The translations under genes and the position numbers were made by a program. DNA of 63,941 nt, filler included, from Diploschistes diacapsis (lineage: Eukaryota): the NCBI GenBank assembly GCA_023645945.1. It is 13 parts of 13 records of this genome, joined end to end, with 100 filler letters (N's around TTAATTAATTAA, not from the genome) between each part and the next. Parts side by side here need not be neighbours in the genome. Positions count along the whole stretch, not along the records: positions 51,363 to 54,439 come from JALAIB010002011.1; positions 54,540 to 57,614 come from JALAIB010002012.1; positions 57,715 to 60,789 come from JALAIB010002013.1; positions 60,890 to 63,941 come from JALAIB010002014.1; 9 more parts are not named here. The stretch is one strand, 5' to 3'. The stretch's first letter is position 1, and each line of letters starts with the position of its first letter. The notes below the pieces were generated by a model. The model saw only the letters and a program-made list of their open reading frames with translations. It did not search any database and was not told where the DNA came from. Below, in pieces: positions 51,363-63,801 of the stretch.

Positions 51363-51423
51363 TCTAAATATCTAAACTTCAATATATGCGTTATTTAAAA
51401 GGTTATAAGCCCGGGTTAATTTA
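51363..51423 (+). mobile_element. Family A copia LTR end plus PBS (GGTTATAAGCCC, 51401-51412)
   Basis: Aligns with ~843-903. Confidence 0.8.
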
Positions 51424-51939
51424 TGTTATGATCTCTATCTATACAAGGTATACACGAGTAGGATCAAGATGGGTTTAATCTCTGTTAGAAGAGGAGTGTG
51501 GTAGAAAAAGAAGAGAGAGTAGTTACAAGTCTTAAACTATTTTTAAAAAGAAAGTTTTAAGATAATAAAAATAACGAATATAAATTGATCTCGAGTAATC
51601 GCTAAGGATATTTATAAAAATAAACATACCCCGACTTAAGAAAACCATAGCGGTGTTTCTATATAATCCAGAACGACAGCTAATTGCCGATAATAGAGCT
51701 GCTGTAACAAAACTGTCACTATAGAACGCCCCTACAGGAATACTACACAACCAGGGGCTGGGCCTAATCTGGAAGGATCACGTGTAGCTGCAATCTGTAG
51801 GCTGAATGGTTCAGATTCGAAAAGGTGAAGAAGGAACTATCTAGGTGGGAGCAGGGCACAAATAAATAGTCTGGGTGCCAGCCCTACCGCCCTACGGGGT
51901 TCAACCCTGGAACCCACAAACGTTCAGGATGTTCCATAA
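51424..51939. mobile_element. Family B-related LTR inserted just after the copia PBS (right end uncertain)
   Basis: First ~200 bp align with 2565-2770; the right half diverges and ends near CCATAATA. Confidence 0.65.
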
Positions 51940-52383
51940 TAATTTAATTAACGTTAATTATTCGGCTTAAAAACATTCTAAATCTCCGTCGTTAAATTTT
52001 TAAATATTACGATAGAAATAAAGAATCTTTCGATTTATAAACGTTCCATATACCTCGCGAGGACATTCTCTTAATTAACAATTAAAAATTACTGCGATTA
52101 ATAACTAATAAATCTCCTAAAACGGTCATCAAACTTGTCGAAAAGAAAGAAAAAAAAGACGTCATTACGCCGAGCGATTTCACGAAATGACAACGAAAAG
52201 GATCGAGTTTTCGCTTCGATAAAAACATTCTCCATCATCGAGAATATCTAGGATTAAATTAACAAAAAATAAAAAAATATTTGGAACTTACAATAGATGA
52301 AAAAGGGGAGGGCATTTTAGGTATAAAAAGCGCTTATGGATGATCGGTTACTAGGGTCTGATCGGTTACTAGGGGCAACACTC
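51940..52383 (-). mobile_element. DNA transposon end with degraded HTH-like transposase start
   Basis: Terminus GAGTGTTGCCCCTAGTAACCGATCAGACCCTAGTAACCGATCA with a 16-bp direct repeat (52341-52356, 52359-52374), next to TA; SLSFREIARRNDV at ~52158-52196. Confidence 0.55.
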
Positions 52384-53490
52384 TACACAACAAAAGTACC
52401 CGGGGATGGTATTTGTCAAGACCTTGTGCGATGGTGATGATGATGATGCTATATCGGCTGGTCGGTGGTAAGGTTAGAATGCGTCAGTTCCACCTAAGGT
52501 GCGGCACTCAACGGGGAAACCTGCAGCCCAACATTGATCGGGTCGGTACAGCACCTCCCGTCCCAACCATTTGCTGGAATCGGACATCACGGCTACCTAG
52601 CTGTCGTCACTTCTCCCGCAAGGGGCGGTCCGCACTAGGTATCTTGCTTTCTCCCGACCACGATACCGCGCCGGGTGATCGGCCCTCCTGCAGCTTGGCT
52701 GCGCGAAGGGTTCCGGGCAAAGGTCGCTTGCCTTCCGTTTCCGGTTGTTCTACGAGCGCGCGCGAAAATCTCGAAGTTGGCTGAGAGTGAGACCAGAGCG
52801 GCCGGTGGAGTGGTGGAGCTTGTGGCGTGAGAAATAGAGCGGATCGGCAGGGCGAGGACTTAAGGGGCAGGTTGTCACGATCGCTCTCGGGTTGCATATC
52901 CCAGCTTGAATGAACGAGGGTTTTCAAGGGATTTACGTACCTCGGGATACTGAGCTTTCTGGGAGCTCTCGGAGAGAAAATCGCTCATCAGCTCCCCTGT
53001 CTGATCTGCACCTCCTTTTCCACCCGCAGGTCCTGGGGGAATTATGGGACTTATGCCCCTATCCTAGCCTGCCCAGCACCAAGCGTCCTTTGACTCCAGT
53101 CCCTAATCAATACAAAGCCTTGTTCCATATGAAGCCCCGGGAGGGTATAACCGCCCTCCCTTAGCCTGCCCCAGACCAAGTGTGTTAAAAACTCTCCCCG
53201 TGATCCCAAGCCCCTGACGCACTAATAATGCCATTCTAGTCTGCAGCAAAGTAGCTGTACCCCTCTCAGATAGCGGTCACGCGTAATCAACATCTGCATT
53301 GATTATCAGAGGTTAGTTTAGAGCAGAACAGCGGGATCGAAGAAAAGAGAAGCGAGAGAAGGCATGGGTGACTGTAAAGATGGTGGAAAAGGCCCGGACG
53401 GAGCGGCGGCGATGTTGTCGTCGGCAGAAGTAAAAAGCCCATTTTGAGCAACAATGGGGGCAAGTGCTATTCTGCCTACTGTATACATAA
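52384..53490. other. GC-balanced, hairpin-rich island without a convincing ORF (candidate structured RNA or TE untranslated region)
   Basis: Several local stems and an 11-bp long-range inverted pair (53014-53024/53382-53392); identity unknown. Confidence 0.3.
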
Positions 53491-53499
53491 ATTACAAGA

Positions 53500-54439
53500 T
53501 GAGTATTATGGTTCTATAGATACTTTTTTAATCATTTAAATTTATTTATAGTTATAAGTACTTATAAAATTATTTTTTTTTCTAATTATATTTATTTATT
53601 TTTTACGCGACTTATATGCTTTTTTTATTATTTTTAATCTTATTTTTTTAATTATTTTTTAAATATAATGAATATTTTTTTATTTATTCGTTTTACGTTC
53701 TTTACCGCCGATACGATCACGTTTAACGTAATCGTCGATATCGATAACGACGACGAATTAAATCTTAAAAATTGTATATTTTACGATATTTTCGCCGCTA
53801 TTTTAGGTCGTAAAAATATCGCTTTTTTTTTATTTCTCTTTTCGTTCTTTTTACCGCCCTTACCTCACCTATCCTTGCTGCGCTCGCCGCGTTCGCCGCG
53901 TTCGCTCGCCCTCGCTTTTCTTTGCCGCCGCTATTTATTACGGGAAAGCTTTATAACTTCCTTACGGATCTTCCGGCGTAAAAGACGCGTCTTTTTATTA
54001 TCGCGGATATTTTACGGGTGATTATAACGGATTTTAACGCGTTTTAATTATACGTGAATAATTTTTAAACGTTTAATAAAACGTCTAAAAATATTACATA
54101 ATATTATTATCGTTATTAACGTAACGACGATATCGAATCGAAATTTATTACGTATAATATCGATATAAAAAAAAGAAAAATAACGCGAGATCGCGTGATT
54201 TATAATATAATTATCGCGATCCGTAAAGACGTAAACGACGTAATAATAAAACGAATAATCTCGTCCGCCGATTATCACGCCGAGTTTTTTAATATAAGCG
54301 ATTATTTTAAAAAATTAAATATCTTTCGTGCGTTCGTTATTTAATAAATCACGTTAAATTACGAGCTTAAAGATATCTCGCGCGTTTTACGCGGCGTTAA
54401 CGACGTCGAGTTTCGTAAGAAACTCGATACCGTTAAAAA
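53500..54439. mobile_element. AT-rich RIP-like degraded repeat, family unassigned
   Basis: Extreme AT content with retained CpG; Arg/Gly-rich remnant on the minus strand at ~53850-53930. Confidence 0.55.
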
Positions 54440-54539
54440 NNNNNNNNNNNNNNNNNNNNNNNNNNNNNNNNNNNNNNNNNNNNTTAATTAATTAANNNNN
54501 NNNNNNNNNNNNNNNNNNNNNNNNNNNNNNNNNNNNNNN

Positions 54540-57500
54540 TCTATAAAGATTCCCGGCTATATTTATTAAAAAAGTTAACGGATTATAACGAATATATATT
54601 AACTATTAAGTTTTAAACAAGATTATTAAAAGAAACATTTATCCGTTATTTCAAATCGACGAATATTTTTATTATATCGGATCGGCTCGAGTAATCTTTA
54701 AGTTCGATTTGACGTCTAGATTCTATTAAGTTTTAATAAAATCGGATTCAATCGCTAAAACCGTTTTTAACACGCGTTACGATAAATACGAATTTTTAAT
54801 TATATTATTTGAACTTACGAATGCCCCCGCCACCTTTTAGACGCTAATGAATGACATATTTCGAAAATATAGCGATTATTATATCGTATATTTGGACGAT
54901 ATCCTGGTATTCTCGGATTTAATCGAGGATTATATGAAACACCTCGAATCGATCCTAATAGAATTGAAAAGAAACGATTTATACGTAAATCCTAAAAAAT
55001 ATTAAATCGGTGAAAAGTCTCTCGAATTTATGGATCATATCGTCGAAGATGGCGTTATTAAATCAACTTAGAGCAAAATCGACATTATTCTAAAATAGCC
55101 TGTTCCTACGAATGTTCATAAAGTACGACAATTCTTAGGATTGGCCATTTATTATCGTCGATTTGTATCCGGATTTATTAGCATCGCATCGCCTTTATTA
55201 AACTTGATTAAATCCGAAGATATTTAGGCCCGTGCAAATAAGTATCGAACGATCATTTGGATTACTCAATATTAAACTGCTTTTAAAGCGTTAAAAACTG
55301 CCTTAACTAATAAACCAGTATTAATGTAACCTAAATTACGCGAATCGTTTATAATAGACACGGATGCGTCCGAATGGGCTTTAAGATATCAATTATTTCA
55401 GAAAAGTGATAACGGACTACTTTATTCAATTATTTTCGATAGACGTAAGTTATAAGATACTGAACTTAACTATCCTATTCAAAAAAAGGAGTTATTAGCT
55501 ATTAAACACGTATTACGTTTATAAAAACAGTTATATCTCGAAAATGATACGACTATTACCATAATAATAGATTATAAAAATCTAAAATATCTGTATTCAA
55601 CTTAAATAATTTTTAAAAGACTCGTTCGATAAATCGAAGAATTTGGAAAATACGATCTAAATATTTAATATCGTTTAGGACCTATTTAAATCGTATTAGA
55701 TACAATCAACAAACGACCCGATTAAATGGGTAAAAGATCTACCAATATTACCTATCTCAATTCTTTTAAAAAAATAAATGAAGAACAATAAGAAAAAGCT
55801 CTAATAAAATATATTCGAGACGGTACAATCTCCGAAAGCAAGAGATTTCGTGATGAGATCTGTCAAGATCGTATTAAAGAACAGTTTCGATTAAAAACTA
55901 ATAAAAACGAACCGACTTAAATCTATCGGATCTTCGAGGACGGAAAAATTTCATACCTATAGCAGCCGTTCCGAAATAACTTTCTGAATAATATATATAA
56001 ACAGTACGGACATTTAAGATATCTAGGTTTATTAGAAGTCTATCGTCTAAAAGGATGGTAATTAAACATAATAGAATCTATTAAGAACTTCGCTCGATTA
56101 TATTTTAACTATTAAATTTCAGCTCGATCAAGATCTAACCAAAACGCTAAATAAAATTACGTTCTTTCGCATCCTAGTATACAGCCTTTTAAACGCTGGG
56201 AAATCGATTTAATCGGTATATTATTTAAAACTCCTTCTAAGAACAAGTAAATCATTACGGCAGTTAATTATGCTACTAAATGGCCTATAGTAAAGGCATT
56301 ACCTAATACTGAAGATTAGATTATAACAGACTTCTTACATAACGAGATATTCATGAATTATGATCCATCCCGAAAGTTTTTATCCGATAATGATACTAGC
56401 TTTTTAAATCGGATAGTTTTTATCTACCTCGAAACGCTTCGAACAAAATATCACAAAACTATACCTTACTATCTACGCACGAATGGAAAGGTAGAAAACC
56501 TAAATGGTCTAATAGGATCTATATTAACCAAATATCTCATAAACAAATCTACCCGGTTATAAGATGAATATCTAGCATAAACATTATTTGCGGTTAGAAT
56601 TAAACAACATGCTCGAAACGAAAAAAGCCTTTTTTATCTCTTTTATGGAATAAAATTTTACCTACCGGGCGATCTGAATAAGATACGTTCTAATAAACTC
56701 GAACCGAATCTAATAGAATAATTCAGTCGGATTTAGAAAATTTATACCGTACGCGCGATAATTAATAAAAAATTAATAAACAAGATTATTAAATATTAGA
56801 TAATGCGAAATGATACCGTAAAGAAACACGACTTTTAAGTAAAATAATACGTGTTATTACGTAATAAAAGTTATAAGAAGTTCGAATCGAATTAATACGG
56901 CCCGTTTAAAGTTTTATAAATTCATATTTTAGGAACGTACGCCCTAGAAGGACCAAATAGAAAGATCTTAAAAAATCTAGTCTATAATAATAAACGCGTA
57001 CGCGCTTACGGTTATGAAGGCTTAAGTGAAGCGTAGTAAAATATGAAAGCCGTAAAGGACCTTAAGATCAGAAGAGATCCCTAATCGCTAGAAATCGAAA
57101 AGATTTTATCAGAATATAATAAAACCGATTATACGTATAACGAGCTGGAAAGTATTTTAAAACAAGAATAACAACGATTATTACGATAAAAAGCGTTGAC
57201 ATCAAGAAATGGTTCAAGCTTAGTAAAGAAGGGACAAGATATCATCCATTCGCCCAATTAAAACGATATAACGGAAAAAGTAGTAAATACTTCCCTTACG
57301 AAACGAAAGCGTAAAAAGAACGTTAAAACAGATCGAATAGAATCTAATATAGATTTATCGACATAAATAACTCCGTAATAAATGAACGTACTTATAAAGC
57401 TAAATAACGATCAATGGGACGCCAACGACGCCGCTAAACAACCCGATTTGACTATATAATCTAAAGAAATGGAATTTAGGATAAAGATAGATTTTATAGA

Positions 57501-57614
57501 TCCTATAAGCTCAAATCTAGGTACAGAAATCAGTACATTAATAGAATTAAGCTATGATTTAAATCCAAAGGTCGACTCTAATAGATTCAATTCGAATCTA
57601 ATAGAACATATTAT
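54540..57614 (+). mobile_element. Ty3/gypsy pol relic (RT, RNase H, integrase)
   Basis: IVYLDDILVFS at ~54883-54915; DTDASEW at ~55357; FKRWEIDLIG and RTNGKVENLNG integrase motifs. Confidence 0.93.
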
Positions 57615-57714
57615 NNNNNNNNNNNNNNNNNNNNNNNNNNNNNNNNNNNNNNNNNNNNTTAATTAATTAANNNNNNNNNNNNNNNNNNNNNNNNNNNNNN
57701 NNNNNNNNNNNNNN

Positions 57715-58332
57715 GAACTATTACAATATAGATTAAAAAGAAAATAAATTAGATCGAAAATTTACCTATAAATATATCTTTTAACTATACGGTAGACCAA
57801 TATTTTAACCTTATAGGACCATTTTTATATATTATTAATTTCCTCGGTAATAATATTGGTTCCTTAAACTTAATAAAATACCTAAGGATCAATAATCGTT
57901 CAAAACACGTCGATATTATTTATCATTACGTACGAGATCTTGTCAAGCAAGGACGTATTAAGATGTCTTATGTTCCTATCAATAAAATGGTTATTATAAG
58001 GCTTACGAAACCATTGAATTACCCGAAGCACGACGTCTTCATTAAAGGACTCGGTCTAGTTTAAAAGATATTTAATTAGACTATATAAACATACCGGATG
58101 ATTCTGCCTATAAGAAAGTATTGAGCAGATAGGCTAAAGATATAGCTGGAGGTTCGACCGAGTTTTAAAGAAATATTTAGTTTAATTAAACTTTCTGGAA
58201 TTTCAATTAAACCGAATTGGGAATTGTGCAGGTAATAGGGCTTAGCGTATGTCATAAAGATAAAAGTCTGTAAAGTAAGATAGCCTCCTAGATAAGACCC
58301 CTAGACTTCAATCTATCCATTACGTTGCCAAA
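57715..58332 (+). mobile_element. Ty1/copia 3' end: RNase H and 3' LTR (~58119-58332), related to family A
   Basis: KHVDIIYHYVRDLV...LTKPL; purine-rich tract then TATTGAGCAG...GACTTCAAT...TACGTTG, similar to LTR 661-880. Confidence 0.85.
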
Positions 58333-58571
58333 TAATAGGAACGATTCTTTTTTATAATTATAAGTTTTTATAATAAAACGCTGTATTTTTTTTTATTATT
58401 TCGACGACGCTGGAACGTTATTAAAGGAATTCCGTATCGTTTATTAACTTATAATCCGGATTTATATTCTTTAGATTATAAAGCATTTAATGTTAAAGCG
58501 ATTCGGCCTTTTTAAGTATTTATAATAAAGAAATGTTATCGTACGAAAGATGAAAATATTAGAAATATATT

Positions 58572-58633
58572 TTACGAAGGTGCAGGGATTGTGACCCTCT
58601 TCATTGGGTGACCCGTTTCTTGGTGAAACACGT
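58572..58633. mobile_element. Right end of an element related to the 36325 MITE
   Basis: TACGAAGGTGCAGGGATTGTGACCC...GGTGAAACACGT|TA matches 36473-36533. Confidence 0.85.
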
Positions 58634-59065
58634 TATGTTCAGATTTCGAAGTTTTTGGAGCTATAAGTGCCTAGAGAATCATGGAACCCTCGTAACGAAT
58701 TTAATTTGTTCAAACGGTAGGTTCCTGCCAAGCTCGATCAATCTTAATGCCATACCTGTTGCATACAAGCCAGTGACTGCCATCAGCGCTAAGCCTTTCT
58801 TCAACAAGTCATTCACCATCCAGCATCAGCAGCGCCAGGATCCTTTATATCCTACTTGTTGCACGAGTTGTTATTACTCTGCGTGGTGTCACTCATACTT
58901 AGCCCCCCTTATTTCTTACTGCCGCACCGCGTTAGGAAGGGCAGCTCCAAGGTACTAAATCAACCATGGCAATATATCTATTCCTCTATCTCGACACTTG
59001 CTGCAGCCAGACCAGTGACAAAATCACCTTTAGCATTCGCTAAGTAGGCATCATTGCAGGCGCGT

Positions 59066-59921
59066 TTAGGTGTTGCGAATCAGGAATGATTTGAAGTCGC
59101 GCCAGTAATCAGCATTGTGATAACTATAGAGGTTAGAAAATCCCACGCTATGTAAGGCCTGCTGAAGGGCAAAACCCACATATATGTCATACTCGAACGT
59201 AGCGAAGGCTGGAGCGTGTCTGGATGCCAGCGGAACAACCACATGACAGACGCCCAGCTGAGGGATGCAAATAATGGCCAGGCATGGTTTTCAAGACTTT
59301 GATTTATATGAGTTGGAATCAGGCCGTTCTGTTGGACCGTAATTTTGGCGAAGGCGAGCACTACACGACTGAATACATAAATCACGATTTGCTGATTTAC
59401 AGAAGACTGTACACCGCGGCCAAATATTAAATATCCAGCAATCAGTCCCGCCACAAAAGTATCAGATTTTGATTCTTTGCCAGTGACCTGACCATTCCGT
59501 GGAGCGTTTTTCAGCGCGAGTACGATTGCTTTGTATAGAAAGGCGAATGAAGCCAGATTCCTCGCATGCTGGCGTGTGGCCTTCAAGACAAGAGCCAATT
59601 TCTGTTTTAGACTTTCATTTTTGTCAGAGCGGGACCCAGTGGGTTGAGATGTAAACCGACCTGCCGGTTCTGAAAAGGAACGTCATGCTTTCAAGGGACA
59701 CTTATCAGTTACAGTTGCAACCTGGGGGCTTTCACTCACACAAGAGCATGCGGGAAACGAATCTTGGCACCGTACACCGCGCCATTGCGCCCAGCCTTTA
59801 TTGCTGCAAGAATTCCAGTATACTGAGGGTTAAGTAGTATATTATTCACGACTACCTGGTGTCGTTGAGTGACGCGCAGTGAAATGTTTGAGGTGTGAAC
59901 ACATACCCTGATATTCTCCAT
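59066..59921 (-). CDS. Peroxisomal membrane protein 4 (PXMP4/PMP24-like), multi-exon
   Basis: RNGAVYGAKIRFPHALV, ATRQHARNLA, SVNQQIVIYVFSRV, LQPSLRSSMTY; spliced end YHNADYWRDFKSFLIRNT. Confidence 0.92.
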
Positions 59922-60469
59922 CGCAAACACCGTGCTGCTTTCTGAACTTCACTAGTGGTGGAGAATAACTAAAACCGGATTGTAGTATATTAAAAGGATG
60001 CAAGCTTCAATGAGCGCATCAGAAACCAGGCAATGTTGTTGCAGGAACAGTATCATATACGAGGATGTCCTTCGCTTGCAAAAGCAGTCCGTAGGTAGAT
60101 AATCATACTTATGCTAGCTCGCTGTATCAATTATTCTTATCACATGCTATTACAACTGATAAAACCGCATAAGATAAATTAACGAGAGTGAGCCTCGGGA
60201 GATGGCATTAAGTATTATCAGATTACTAACCTAAATGGGTTAGTCTATCTGACTAGTTAGACCCTAAAGGTTCTCTAATCCTTCAGGACACGTCACTAAC
60301 AACAATTAAACATCCTACTGGCAACAGGTGAACATCTTATTAACTATAATCAAACATCCTACTAGTAGTTATGGATTATTATGTGGGATTGCAGATGGTC
60401 TAGATTATTAGATCATTAATCTAAATATTAAATTAATGATTTAATAATACTTGGACCATGGATTTAATA

Positions 60470-60789
60470 ACGTGTTTTACGGGGATTCCGGCCACGTCCA
60501 GATTCCGGCCACCTTAAATCATTCTTTTTATCTTATATTCGATCTTTTTTAATAATGACTATTTCGTATAATAATAATTCGATTCTAATAGAATTTAATA
60601 TCAACGATTATTTATAGGACCGGAAATTAGAACAATATATTAACATTCGAGACTCTTTTTACGTATTTGAAGTACCTCGGTCGATCATTATGAATTAATT
60701 CGATGAAGTTCAATCTCGCTTTTATAGTTAAGAAATGATTTAAATCCTTTTAAATTTGAAAGAAAAGATATTAGTACGATAGATTATAC
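60470..60789 (+). mobile_element. pogo/Fot1-type DNA transposon 5' end, same family as 9182
   Basis: TA|ACGTGTTTTACGGGGATTCCGGCCAC...GATTCCGGCCACC; internal sequence aligns with 9226-9500. Confidence 0.85.
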
Positions 60790-60889
60790 NNNNNNNNNNN
60801 NNNNNNNNNNNNNNNNNNNNNNNNNNNNNNNNNTTAATTAATTAANNNNNNNNNNNNNNNNNNNNNNNNNNNNNNNNNNNNNNNNNNNN

Positions 60890-61040
60890 TATAATGTAAT
60901 TGCGCTAGATCGAGCGCTTCCATATTTGTACGAAGCTAAATCTGTTCTCAACTACACTACCCCGTTCTTCGGCCTTTTTTTGATTACATTATATGTAGTG
61001 TTCCGCTTCGTGGGGTGTTCCGTTTCGTGGGGAAACACGT
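60890..61040. mobile_element. Right part of a MITE subfamily variant
   Basis: Internal blocks GCGCTAGAT and CTAAATCTGTT match the 36325 MITE; TIR GTGTTCCGCTTCGTGGGGTGTTCCGTTTCGTGGGGAAACACGT|TA. Confidence 0.85.
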
Positions 61041-61618
61041 TATGTATCATAACTTGCTTAATAAATAACATAGAAGTAAAATGAACGGCATGTATTTCGT
61101 CCAGTCGTAAATGATCCGAGGCTAAGCGTCAACGTAGTAGCTCCAGGATGAACTCTTTGGACAGGAGATCAGCATACAACATGCAGCATGCTAGCAACAA
61201 CTCTATCAATTGCAGCGTGCTAGACGATCGTTGGACAATGAACAAGGCACAGCGCCCTGGTCCACTCGGAAGGGACCAATCTTTTCGTATGAAAGGACCT
61301 AAGTATGCAAGCCCGCATTGTTGAAAAGACATTGCACGCTTTACTGAAGAGCAAGTTGTGTGGGACGACGATGGCGAGGCCCACCGCCCATCACTGAGCG
61401 GCAGCAACATTTTTATTATCCTCTCTCCTTTCGTTACAGGCTGCTACTGGCATTCGACCGATCTGGTCGTTCATATATGAGTCTAAAGTCCGAATCGACT
61501 ACACTATCTCATACTGTTAGCTTCTCACTTTCTAAATGCCGCAGCAGTCTACCGTACCATCTGCAAACATACCGAAATCCATCTTCGCTCACCAGTTGAC
61601 GGAACACTTTGAGAAACA

Positions 61619-62979
61619 ATGGAGACGGGCCTTCCGCAGAACCAGCCTAGCCTTGCGACGAGAGGCGGTCAACTTGTCTTCATTGTCACCTGGTTTCTAT
61701 TGGCCGTCTCCGTCTTGTCCATCACTGCTCGACTTCTAGCCAAGTGGAGCCTTAGAAAACCGTATGGCGTAGATGACGCATCTGCCTTTGCCTCACTTGT
61801 AAATCCTAACCCCGTACATGTTGATTTCGCACTCACTCTTAGAGATCTTGACCATAGCTTCAGCCGCGACAGTCGCTGTTCAGGTTTCGAAGGGGTTGGG
61901 CCAGCCCGCTAGCGGTCTCGAACAGAGTCAACTTGACGCTTTGTTGAAAGTGAAGTCCATAACAATAACTTGTCTCAATTGTATCAGCTGACTGTTATAA
62001 AAGACCGTCTACGCTTTCGAGATTCTCTTCGTCGCAGTCATCTGCTCTGCAAAGCTTTCCATTGCCAGCCTTTTGCTCATCCTCTCTCCAGTGAGCCTTC
62101 ATCGATACTTCGTTCTGGGTACCGGTGGTGCGATAACTCTATGGTTCATTGTGTCCGAATTCGCCGTTGCATTCCAATGTCAGCTCCCTAAGCCCTGGAC
62201 TTCCATCGACAACTCATGCGTAGACAAGGCAAGCGCTGTATCTCCTACATCTCGCGCACTCTTGACTGACTAGTCTTCCCAAAGATTGCATTATGGCATT
62301 TCATCGGTACTTTCAGCATCGTCACAGATCTAATGCTGGTTTTCATACCTTTTGTTATCATTCAATCGCTGCAAATGAAGATGGGGAAAAAAGCAATCGT
62401 TCTTGCATCATTCGGCGCTCGGCTCATGTGAGTGATTCAATCTCGACACCTTTATGCTTTGGAGTGCCAGGAACGTCGGCTGACCGTTGATTTCACAGTG
62501 ACGTTGCTGTTGCAGTGGTCCAAATTGTATATGCTCCACTGCTCAATCTCGCTGATCCCTCGTTGGAACTTTGGCCCTGGATTTTGATCCTGCAGGTCAT
62601 GCAATGTACAAGCATTGTAACGTCCTGCTTGCCATATCTGCGCCAGCTTGTCGAGATTATCCCGTCGGGAATGTACACTAGCGACGAAATACGACGAAGA
62701 GTCGCTACTGGTTCTCGGGCCGGTCGTTCACACGGCAAACAATCACAATGGTCGGCTTTAAGATCGAGCAAACGCAGTCGAGCGGCTGTAAATCGCGTCA
62801 TCCAGCTTAGCAACCTGAGCAGGATAAATGCTGAGCATGTCGCCACGGTTACGAGCCATCTCAATCAGGATATGGAAGATACAGGCAGTTACCACAGCGA
62901 GTCACGGATCCTTAAAAGCATGACATTCGGTACGACCAGCCGGAATGCTGGTAGCATCTCAGCAACAGCAGAAGGATAG
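61619..62979 (+). CDS. PTH11-like fungal rhodopsin-domain integral membrane protein without CFEM (about four introns)
   Basis: RLLAKW...GVDD, AFQCQLPKPW, IVTDLMLVFIP, SIVTSCLPYLR; introns near 61799-61842, 61950-62003, 62229-62284, 62428-62498. Confidence 0.85.
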
Positions 62980-63475
62980 GTCGACCTTGCCGGAACACAG
63001 TCAGTCGTACAATTAGATAGCTGGTAACAAAAGGAGACTGTTGCAATCTGTGGGGGATCTCATTGCGAAGTTAACTATCATATCCACGTGGGTTAGTAGC
63101 CTCGTTCTCATGATGAAATCTGGAGTAACTCTTGTTCTGTGATACGGTATCCAATTTGCTGGATCCGGGATCTGGATCCCAGATGCTCCTAAAAATAAAA
63201 ATTAAAGAAAAGATGTCAAAGATAGTGTAGTGTAGTGGACTGCAATTTGTTACCGTTTTGCAAATAACTCATAACCATTTTTATAATATCGGTTACAGCC
63301 TGGCCCGTTTCGTGCCATGGCCACAGCCAGACATGGACACAGACAGACACGGATACCGTTATTAAAGAAATCTCGGCACAGATACTTTTACGGACATTAT
63401 ATTAATGAATGTTTGATTGTGAAGCTGGATTACTCTATTGGCTTTGGTACACAATTATTCGCTGTAAGACTTTTT

Positions 63476-63750
63476 GGTTATAATCTCTATCTCTACGAAG
63501 TAGACACGATTAAGGTATTAGGATACTTGTAACGGAGAGAGAGAGAGCTTTCCTAAACGAAACAAGAGAATTAGTATTAAAAAGGATCTTCTTATCTACA
63601 ATAAGAAAGCAATGATAAAGGTAATTATATAAATTAATCTACTTGGATAAATGATAGACTATAACGATCACGTGATCAAATATCACCCAGGTTAGTCTAC
63701 ATATAAAACATGGTTAGAAAGTGACCAGGTAGGAACCTGGGATCGTAACA
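63476..63750. mobile_element. LTR-like element related to family B (left end approximate)
   Basis: GTTATAATCTCTATC start and GGATCGTAACA end; shared ATCACGTGA motif; no clear target duplication. Confidence 0.6.
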
Positions 63751-63801
63751 AATATTTTTATATTAAATTGAACTTAAGGAATTTCTTTTCCTTTTAAAAT
63801 A

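Noticed and set aside
52950..52995. Minus-strand CTGATGAG...GAAA as a hammerhead ribozyme
   Set aside because: Extra bases lie between stem II and GAAA, and there is no cleavage-site helix.
53225..53250. Minus-strand CAGACTAGAATGGCA as a group I intron R element
   Set aside because: No downstream AAGATATAGTC S element, the Q-like GCAGCCAAG is in the wrong order, and no rRNA exons flank it.
53310..53322. Minus-strand CTAAACTAACC as a telomerase template
   Set aside because: It does not encode the TTAGGG repeat usual in this group, and I could not identify a pseudoknot.
63296..63400. CAGCCTGGCCCGTTTCGTGCC with ACAG/ACAC repeats as a hAT transposon end
   Set aside because: No inverted partner, target duplication or transposase remnant in the window.
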